DNA of 64,000 bases, from the NCBI GenBank assembly GCA_039586795.1, contig JBDHJS010000005.1, positions 67,096 through 131,095 on the forward strand, written 5' to 3'. The notes beneath the pieces are model-generated. The model did no database searches, had not been told where the DNA came from, and saw only the letters and a program-made list of their open reading frames with translations. Positions 56,748 through 64,000 of this stretch are shown here, piece after piece. Both the position numbers and the translations under genes were made by a program. Origin of the DNA: Gemmatimonadota bacterium (GTDB lineage: Bacteria > Gemmatimonadota > Gemmatimonadetes > Palauibacterales > KS3-K002). How positions within the stretch are numbered: the first letter of the stretch is position 1; every line of letters starts with the position of its first letter.

Positions 56748-59033
56748 TCACAAGTCAATGAGGATTGGCGTCCAGATCTCCGACTCGCCTTTCACCGATC
56801 CGTCGACGGCAACCTTGAAGCGCTGATCCTCGATACCGATGTCGACGCGATGGCCGCGGAAGGGCAACTGGGAAAGTCGCAGCGACTCAAGCTCGAACGG
56901 AAACGGATCGACGATGAACGAGTCGCCGCCCGCCGGACGGAAGCCCGCCGCGTACTTCACGATCAGGTCGTTCACCCACGAGTGCTGGTAATCGTCGAAG
57001 CCGCGGTACAGCGATGGCTTTCCGGTATCGGGATTGTAGTGCTCGTAGCAGTTGGGACGGGTCGGGTCACCGCCGTGGAACATCATGCGGATGTATTTGC
57101 GGATGAACTGGACGGCACGCTCGCGCAGGCCCGGATCGTGATCGAGGGCGGTTCTGGCGAGGGCTTCAGCGATGTGCGAATTGGCCATCGGCCAGACGCG
57201 GCCATTCCATGGGCAGTTGTGGCGCTTCCCTTTCCATTCGGCGTCAGGACTGTAGTAGGGATCATCGACGCTGGTGGATGGCACGGGATAGACGGTCCAG
57301 AACTCAGACGGGTTTAGCAGATGCGCGCCGAGTCCGGCCGCCTGTTCCGGTCCTACGAGGTCGGTGAAGTACGGATAGAAACAGATCGCCGCCTTCACGC
57401 TCGTGCGCTGCATGGTACTCGGGTCGACATCGGAGAACATGCCGCTCCAGGAGTCCCACATCTGCTCGAGGATCGCCGCCCCCGTGCGATCGGCGGCCGC
57501 CGTCCAGCGGCCCGCATTCGATTCATCGCCCAGCCGCAGCGCGATCTCGGCCAGCGCGCGTTGTAGGCGATACGTGTAAACCGCGGCGTCGACGCCCTTC
57601 AACCGGATCTCGGCGCCCCACGACTCGCCGTCCGCCTCCGGGCTCACCGCCATATAGCGGCTCATGAACTCCTGACCGGTCTCGAAGTGATCGACGACAT
57701 CCGTCAGCCCGCTGCCGTCCCGGTCGCGCTCGCGGTCGAGCCAGTCCGCGTAGTCGGTCAGCGGATTGTAGACGGCGCGCAGAAAGCCGTCGTCGGGGTG
57801 CACCTCATCGATTGCCAGCACCGCGTCGCCCCAGTTTGCGAAGTAGAAATCGGTATGCGCCAGGTGGTTCACGTAAATGCGACCGTGTAGCGCGCCGCCC
57901 TCCTTCTGGTGGGCGAGGACATTGAGGATGGCGCCGCGGGCACGCGCCGGATCGGCCAGCCAGCGCAACTCACGGGCGTGGCACTGCGCGCTGTACGCGA
58001 TAGGGACGTGGAAGTAGCCGGTACCCTCGCAGCAGCCAGGATAGATGTGATTGCCGATCCCGCCTTCGTGACTACACAGCTGCAGGCCGTACCATCGATA
58101 GTACCAGTAGCGCTCGATGAAGGTATCGGAGCAGGCCAGCTGCGGCGCCGACCCGAAGAACTCGTTCCAGTGGGCGCGGCTGGCGCTGCCCGGATCGGAA
58201 CCGAGGGCCGGGCGTGAGAGAAGCTCCGGCTCGGGCGGCGGCACGTGTTCCTGAACATGGTGTGCAGCGGGGCTCATGTTCTGCGACTCGACGAGCTCCT
58301 CCGGTCGCACCCTGGCCCGAAGCCGCAACGTGACCGAGCCCCGGGGCGGAACGATCACTGGAGACGCGACGGCGGCGTAGAGCACGCCGCGGGGCCCGAC
58401 CCCGCCCACCTGTACCACCGTGGCCGGTCCGCGTCGCCACTTCTCAGGAAAAGGCGTGAACTCCCAGTCCGGGCCGGCCACCGTCCCCTCGGACAGGTAA
58501 GCACATCCCGCCAGGCTACCGCCCCGCGCCTCGAGCCTCACCCGGACGTTGATGCGATGCACATGCCGATCTTGAAGCATGCGGTCGAAGCTCACCGTGC
58601 CGGTGGATGCCTGCACGCTGGACATCTCGACACCCGTCGTCTCCTGGGCGGTCCAGGCCACGCCCAGCAGCCGGCGCTCCGACTGGCCCGTGTTCGAGAT
58701 GTTCCACTCGGACATGAAGTAGCCGCCGGGCAGGACCGAGCGGTGCTCGTCGGCGATCAGCTCATCGTCCAGCTCGTAGGTCGAGATGAGCTCCGCCGGC
58801 GTCCAGCGCCTGCCGATCTGTCGAGCGGCCAGCTGCCGGCCCGGTGGCTCACCGTCCTGGCTGAGCAGCGTGACGGTGAAGACGGGCGCCAGCTGGTAGT
58901 GGTAGATATCGGCCTCGTCCCAGAAGCCCGGTCGATCTAGCCAGCGCGGGAAGCGTGGTGCCCAGATGATGCCGTGGCCCGAGCCCAGGTAGAACTTGTC
59001 GGGTCGCTCGAGGAGCTGGAGCGGATCTGTCAT
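56748..59033 (-). CDS. MGH1/GH63-like six-hairpin glycoside hydrolase
   Basis: ETGQEFMSRY, LKGVDAAVY, EFWTVYPVPS, WNGRVWP, YEHYNP; start ATG 59033. Confidence 0.75.
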   Translation of the reverse strand: MTDPLQLLERPDKFYLGSGHGIIWAPRFPRWLDRPGFWDEADIYHYQLAPVFTVTLLSQDGEPPGRQLAARQIGRRWTPAELISTYELDDELIADEHRSVLPGGYFMSEWNISNTGQSERRLLGVAWTAQETTGVEMSSVQASTGTVSFDRMLQDRHVHRINVRVRLEARGGSLAGCAYLSEGTVAGPDWEFTPFPEKWRRGPATVVQVGGVGPRGVLYAAVASPVIVPPRGSVTLRLRARVRPEELVESQNMSPAAHHVQEHVPPPEPELLSRPALGSDPGSASRAHWNEFFGSAPQLACSDTFIERYWYYRWYGLQLCSHEGGIGNHIYPGCCEGTGYFHVPIAYSAQCHARELRWLADPARARGAILNVLAHQKEGGALHGRIYVNHLAHTDFYFANWGDAVLAIDEVHPDDGFLRAVYNPLTDYADWLDRERDRDGSGLTDVVDHFETGQEFMSRYMAVSPEADGESWGAEIRLKGVDAAVYTYRLQRALAEIALRLGDESNAGRWTAAADRTGAAILEQMWDSWSGMFSDVDPSTMQRTSVKAAICFYPYFTDLVGPEQAAGLGAHLLNPSEFWTVYPVPSTSVDDPYYSPDAEWKGKRHNCPWNGRVWPMANSHIAEALARTALDHDPGLRERAVQFIRKYIRMMFHGGDPTRPNCYEHYNPDTGKPSLYRGFDDYQHSWVNDLIVKYAAGFRPAGGDSFIVDPFPFELESLRLSQLPFRGHRVDIGIEDQRFKVAVDGSVKGESEIWTPILIDL

Positions 59034-59034
59034 G

Positions 59035-61746
59035 TCAGTAGACCGCCGCGCCGGTGAGGATGAGTCTGCCCATCTTCCAAAGCTCCCAGTGCAAGCCGGC
59101 ATCGGCCGTGTAGGCCCAGCGATCGCTCCACATGATCTCCGTGAGTCCACCCCCACCATCGCCGTCGCTGACGAACAGCTGAAGACCGAAGACGGCGCCA
59201 ACGAAGGGTCGCGCCTCGGGCAACTCAGCCCACGGAACCTGCATCTCGAACGTCCACCCCTCGTCGGTCGCCACCGAGGCTAGTTGACTGTCGGTGATGG
59301 GTCCGTGGAAGTCGCTGCCCAACCGCATGACAGGGAACGGCGGTTCGCCGTCGCCGACGATGTGAGCGTAAACCCACTGGTCGTCGACCTGCCAGCGCGA
59401 CGCGTCGGGCGCGTTGCCGCCGTAGCTGAGCGGGTGAGTGTCGTTGTTGAAATCGAAGACGAGGTTGATACGATCGCTGGTCCAGGCGGCGCCCGGGGTC
59501 AACGCATCATCGGTGAAGCGACCGGCGACGTATACATGGAGCGTATCCCAGGTTATCCGGATCGCGCCGCTGATATCGGCGTCACCTTCGTAACGGTCCG
59601 GCGACGTGAGCAGAAAGGCGTTCGAGTCGAGATTGATGCTCGAAACGTCATCCCATTCGTCCAGCACGCCGTCGACTTGAATGCTCGGCGAGCGTGATGG
59701 AGCTACAGCCGTGCCCGGTTCGATAGGCCGGCGCTCGCTCCGCATGGAACCCGCGGATCCGCCGTGAAGCGCGACGACACGTCGCTCGAAGCTTCCATCC
59801 AAACCGATCACGTAGGCGCGATGCTCGCCCGGCGACGCTATGATAGTGGCTTCGTAGACGCCCGACCGATCCCGCTCGTTCATCATCACGAGATCGGAGC
59901 CGAAGACGACGCCGAGTCGAAGTCCAGCGCCCTCCACGAAGCGGCCCATGCGATCGCGTACTCGTGCCTCGAGCGTGAGCTCCGTCTCGCCTTCGGCATC
60001 TATGCGAGGCGGCACTTCGATCCAGCCGCGCGGCTCGACATAGATGGGGATCTCGCGCTCCAGAATCTCAACACCGTGGCGGCCCGGCAGCTCGGCCCGC
60101 ACTCGTATCGTGTCGAGTCCGGGCGCCAGCGACTCATCGAGTACTGCGCTGTACTGCCCATCGGCCAACTCTTCCAGCAGAAGCTCGCCGCTCCCGATTG
60201 TCGCGGTGACCTTCGCACCTTCAGCGCCACGGTCACGAGCGATGCGCAACGTCAGATCGAACGGTGTCCCGAGCCCGGCGACCATTCGATCATCCGAAGT
60301 GATGGACCAGGCGTGACGGTTCTCGACCTGGACGGCGCGTGGGATGAACACGAGACCGGGCGCGCTGGCCAAGAGATCCACGCGGCGCGCGCCGATCTCA
60401 TCGTAGGCCAGGGGCGCAACAAAGTGTCCAGGCTGGCGTTGCTCGAAGTCGAATTCGACACCTGCTCCTTGGGTCGACAGTTCACCGTCCGCGATGAGCG
60501 GTCCACCGCCCCCGAAACGGGCCTCGCGCAGCTCGACGACCAAAGCGCCCGTTCCCGCCTCCTCCGCTCTCTGGTAGGTGACGATGCGCGGTGGCGCGAC
60601 GATGTCTCCCATGCCAACACGGTGGATCTCGGACGCAGCATCACCCACCATCACCGCGAGGCGCGGGGTCGCATCCGGCAGGCTCACCCATCCGCTCAGG
60701 TAGTCTCCTTCGAATAGAACTCCGCCATCAAAATCCGTATGCCGATACGTTCGCCGTGCCAGCGACACGGGTTCACCATCGGCAACCCGAGCGGCCCCCT
60801 TCATATCGCCATCGCTGACGACCGGTAGGTAGACCTCATCGTTGGCGCGACTCAAGAAGACCTTGTCGTAAAGCGGACGCGCGCCGCGTGCCGGACGCGA
60901 GCCTGCGATGCGTCCGTACTCGAGCTTCATCCAGTCGTCGCGGCGCACACGCTCCAGCATCCACCGATAGTAGACCAACTGCATCGCCCACGGGTAAGTC
61001 GCCTTGTTTTCAAGCTCCCGCTGGGCGTAGGTTGTCATCTCGTCATCATCGTAATGAGGCAGGAATGCGCCGGGACGTTCTGCAAGTAACGTCGGCATGT
61101 TGCGGCTCATCTCGTCGGAATTGAGGAATCCGTCGGGCATGCCGCTCATCGAGAACATGTCGTCGATGTTGTGGAGCACCTCGTGAATCATGATCTGGGA
61201 GATGCGGCCCGGGTCCCAGGCGAAGACGCCGATGGAGTTGAAGCCGGCGTCGCCGAGGAAGTGGCCGTCGGGCCCGACCGCACCGCCGCCGTAAGCGAGG
61301 GAGGCGCCGTCCGGGTTGGCGTTGTTCCAGGCGTAGAGCGCGATCACCTCATCGAACTCGTAGTCAAGCATGTCCAGCGCGACGAGCTCGGCTTCGATGT
61401 TCTCTCGCGAGAGGTAGTAGCGGCCGGGCGCGACCTCGGCGACTTCTGAAAGCGCCAGTTGGCGATCGATCTGAAGCAAGGAAATGCGGAAGTCGACGGC
61501 GTCGCCCGCCGCGGTCTGATAGAAGTCGACGAACTCGAGTACCTCTTCATGCACGCGCTCGATCTGTTCGCGGGTCAGCGCCTGCGAAAAGGAACGAGTG
61601 TAAAGCGCGATGAGGACATCGATCCGGCGCACCTTCGACGATTGACCGAGCAGCGGCACAGAAGCAATACCGATGGCCGCCGCGCACGCGAAGATCAGCA
61701 GCGCGCGCATCGAGCGGTGTGAGAATGACGACGGCAGAACGATCAT
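59035..61746 (-). CDS. Secreted multidomain protein: zincin-like HExxH domain, Ig-like repeats, C-terminal CBM9/DOMON-like domain
   Basis: Signal peptide; IMIHEVLH; IQVDGVLDEW...ITWDTLHVYVAGRFTDD...WTFEMQVPW; start 61746 or 61710. Confidence 0.72.
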   Translation of the reverse strand: MIVLPSSFSHRSMRALLIFACAAAIGIASVPLLGQSSKVRRIDVLIALYTRSFSQALTREQIERVHEEVLEFVDFYQTAAGDAVDFRISLLQIDRQLALSEVAEVAPGRYYLSRENIEAELVALDMLDYEFDEVIALYAWNNANPDGASLAYGGGAVGPDGHFLGDAGFNSIGVFAWDPGRISQIMIHEVLHNIDDMFSMSGMPDGFLNSDEMSRNMPTLLAERPGAFLPHYDDDEMTTYAQRELENKATYPWAMQLVYYRWMLERVRRDDWMKLEYGRIAGSRPARGARPLYDKVFLSRANDEVYLPVVSDGDMKGAARVADGEPVSLARRTYRHTDFDGGVLFEGDYLSGWVSLPDATPRLAVMVGDAASEIHRVGMGDIVAPPRIVTYQRAEEAGTGALVVELREARFGGGGPLIADGELSTQGAGVEFDFEQRQPGHFVAPLAYDEIGARRVDLLASAPGLVFIPRAVQVENRHAWSITSDDRMVAGLGTPFDLTLRIARDRGAEGAKVTATIGSGELLLEELADGQYSAVLDESLAPGLDTIRVRAELPGRHGVEILEREIPIYVEPRGWIEVPPRIDAEGETELTLEARVRDRMGRFVEGAGLRLGVVFGSDLVMMNERDRSGVYEATIIASPGEHRAYVIGLDGSFERRVVALHGGSAGSMRSERRPIEPGTAVAPSRSPSIQVDGVLDEWDDVSSINLDSNAFLLTSPDRYEGDADISGAIRITWDTLHVYVAGRFTDDALTPGAAWTSDRINLVFDFNNDTHPLSYGGNAPDASRWQVDDQWVYAHIVGDGEPPFPVMRLGSDFHGPITDSQLASVATDEGWTFEMQVPWAELPEARPFVGAVFGLQLFVSDGDGGGGLTEIMWSDRWAYTADAGLHWELWKMGRLILTGAAVY

Positions 61747-61816
61747 GGCACCGGTGTTGAGCCAGAGAACGGGGACTCGCTCCCCGCAGAGTCGAGACTA
61801 GACGCAGCTCAGAGCG

Positions 61817-63007
61817 ATGTCAACGATGAAGCCCACAGGACACAGATCTCCTTCCGATGTCGCCGTTCAGGCCTTCAGGCAGATCTTCTCAGAAAAGCCG
61901 GAATGGGTATCACGGGCGCCCGGCCGTGTGAACCTGATCGGCGGGCATGTCGACTATAACGACGGCCTGGTGCTGCCTGCCGCGCTCGAGCTGACGATGG
62001 GCGTCGCATTTCGTCCCCGTTCCGACGCCCGCGTTCGTATCCACTCGGTGGACTTCAAAGAGATAGTCGAATTCGATCTCGATGAACTAGCACCGGGTTC
62101 GGTTGACGGTTGGGCGGCTTACCCGGCCGGGGTGGCCTGGGCGATGGTGCAAGCGGGATACGAGTTGACCGGCATCGATGCGGCGGTAGCGGGCAACATC
62201 CCTCTGGGCGGTGGCCTCTCCTCATCCGCCGCGGTGGAGATCGCGTTCGCGCTGGCGTACCGACAGAGCGCCGAGTTCGATATCTCTGAGATCGAACTGG
62301 CAAAGCTCGGACAAGTCGCCGAGAACAAGTATGTCGGCGTGCGCTGCGGGATCATGGACCAGGTCGCCTCCGCCTGCGCTCAGGCCGGTCACGCGATCCA
62401 ACTGGATTGCCGGAACCTGGAGGTTGGACACGTCTCGTTGTCGCCCTCCCTTCGCATCGTGGTTCTGGACAGCGAGGTTAAACGGGAGCTGAGCGGGTCG
62501 GACTACAACCAGCGACGTCGCGAGTGCGAGGACGCGGTCGCCCGCTTGAAGTCGCTCGACTACGAGATCGATGCGCTGCGCGATATCTGGCCCGACCAGC
62601 TTTCAGGTATGCTGCGCCATGTACCGCCGCCGCTCGATCGACGAGTCCGCCACGTGGTGGGCGAGATCGAGCGCGTTCGGTTGGCGGTGGCGGCGTTGGA
62701 GCAAGACGAAACAGAACGCTTCGGCGAGCTGTTGTTCGCGTCGCACCGGTCGCTACGCAACGACTACGAGGTGAGTTGCGACGAGCTGGACAGTCTGGTG
62801 GAATTGGCGCGGCAGGCGCCAGGTTGCATCGGCGCGCGCCTGACCGGCGCCGGGTTCGGGGGCTGCACGGTGAACGTGGTGAGCGCCGCGCTGGCGGATG
62901 ATTTCGTCGAATATGTAGAGACAAGTTACGAGAAGCTCTACGGGGTGCGGCCGACGGCGTGGACGAGCGACCCGGCGGGTGGGGCGGCCGTGGACCCGAT
63001 CTGGTGA
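61817..63007 (+). CDS. galK: Galactokinase
   Basis: APGRVNLIGGHVDYNDG, PLGGGLSSSAA, CGIMDQ, SHRSLRNDYEVS, GARLTGAGFGGC. Confidence 0.95.
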   Translation: MSTMKPTGHRSPSDVAVQAFRQIFSEKPEWVSRAPGRVNLIGGHVDYNDGLVLPAALELTMGVAFRPRSDARVRIHSVDFKEIVEFDLDELAPGSVDGWAAYPAGVAWAMVQAGYELTGIDAAVAGNIPLGGGLSSSAAVEIAFALAYRQSAEFDISEIELAKLGQVAENKYVGVRCGIMDQVASACAQAGHAIQLDCRNLEVGHVSLSPSLRIVVLDSEVKRELSGSDYNQRRRECEDAVARLKSLDYEIDALRDIWPDQLSGMLRHVPPPLDRRVRHVVGEIERVRLAVAALEQDETERFGELLFASHRSLRNDYEVSCDELDSLVELARQAPGCIGARLTGAGFGGCTVNVVSAALADDFVEYVETSYEKLYGVRPTAWTSDPAGGAAVDPIW

Positions 63008-63106
63008 GTGCGCGGAACAATCGTCAAGCGCTAGACATTCATCTGGTGCAAATCAACGGTATACGACCCAACCGCTTCGCAACGAGCGGTCTAACTTGGA
63101 AGCCCT

Positions 63107-64000
63107 ATGTCCGATTTCTCTACCCGCTTTCGGCTGGCTGTCGACGCCGGGACCGCCGTCGTCGAGGCTCCGGGCACAGCTGACACCGTCCTGGCTTTCG
63201 CCCGCTCGGTCGCGGCCGGGCTCGCCGATGATCCGAAGTGGCTGCACTGCCGTTTCCTCTACGACAACGAGGGGAGTCGACTGTTCGAGAAGATCACGGA
63301 GCAGCCCGAGTATTATCCGACACGCACCGAGGCGGCGATTCTCGAAGCCCACGCGACGGAAATCCGCGACGCCACGGGTCCGGCGACGCTGGTGGAGTTG
63401 GGCTCCGGCTACTCCGTGAAGACGGAGTACTTGCTGGATGCGTACTCGCTAGGGCGGGACAACGTTCGGTACGTGCCGGTGGATGTCAGCATCAGCGCGC
63501 TCCGCGCGGCGAACCGCTCAATCTCGGACAGCTTCCCCGAGGTGGAATTCACCGGCATCGCCGGCACCTACCGGAGCGCTTTTCCAGTATTGCGTCAGCT
63601 ATCGCCGTCCGTCGTCGTGTTCCTGGGGAGCACGCTGGGCAACTTCAACCCGGCCGAAGCGACGGCGTTCTTCGGCGCGCTGTGCGGCCATATGCCGGCC
63701 TACGACTTTTTCCTCCTGGGCATCGACCTGGTGAAGGACGTCGCCGTTCTGGAAGCCGCGTACAACGATGCGGCGGGCGTCACCGCTCGGTTTACGAACA
63801 ACTATTTCGCCCGCATGAATCGCGAGCTGGGATCCGACCTTAGCCTGGATCAGATCGAGCATGTCGCGGCGTGGAATCCCGAACTGGAGCGGATGGAGAT
63901 TTTCGGGCACTTCCATACGACCCAGCAGATCTATATCGAACCGCTCGACGAAACGTACGAGATCGCGGCGGGCGAACGGATTCTGATCGAGATCAGCCGA
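63107..64000 (+). CDS. egtD: L-histidine N-alpha-methyltransferase (EgtD family), runs off window end; absent from ORF track
   Basis: Manual translation: FLYDNEGSRLFEKITEQPEYYPTRTE, LVELGSG, FLGSTLGNF, GIDLVKD, AAYNDAAGVTARF. Confidence 0.9.
   Translation, partial: MSDFSTRFRLAVDAGTAVVEAPGTADTVLAFARSVAAGLADDPKWLHCRFLYDNEGSRLFEKITEQPEYYPTRTEAAILEAHATEIRDATGPATLVELGSGYSVKTEYLLDAYSLGRDNVRYVPVDVSISALRAANRSISDSFPEVEFTGIAGTYRSAFPVLRQLSPSVVVFLGSTLGNFNPAEATAFFGALCGHMPAYDFFLLGIDLVKDVAVLEAAYNDAAGVTARFTNNYFARMNRELGSDLSLDQIEHVAAWNPELERMEIFGHFHTTQQIYIEPLDETYEIAAGERILIEISR

Noticed and set aside
63071..63090. Small hairpin upstream of egtD as a riboswitch
   Set aside because: Single short stem with no recognisable aptamer consensus

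Overview
64 kb of GC-rich, gene-dense bacterial chromosome from a diderm organism (lipoproteins, beta-barrels, LPS heptosyltransferase). The gene repertoire suggests Gemmatimonadota, but that is inference. About 55 protein genes can be supported, including pstSCAB-phoU with a Pho-box-like repeat, a sugar ABC transporter, LPS glycosyltransferases, several peptidases, mmuM, an agmatinase-family enzyme, a lytic transglycosylase, a HupE/UreJ plus dual-PPIase cluster, two radical SAM enzymes, three six-hairpin glycosidases, a lipoprotein/PEGA operon, galK and a partial egtD. No integrase, transposase, CRISPR array or rRNA was seen. Two signals are absent from the ORF track and stand out. (1) A tRNA at 41075-41158 has a complete tRNA-Leu body but a Gly (GCC) anticodon and A instead of the near-universal U33. 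About 70 nt downstream is a candidate small RNA (own promoter, hairpin, terminator) whose first 12 nt are the exact reverse complement of that tRNA's anticodon arm. This may be a mistranslating or non-canonical tRNA paired with an anticodon-masking antisense RNA. (2) A DUF411 metal-binding gene has an in-frame TGA at the first Cys of its CGCC motif, followed by a SECIS-like hairpin, so it is a probable selenoprotein. Family assignments come from motif recognition only; no database search was run.
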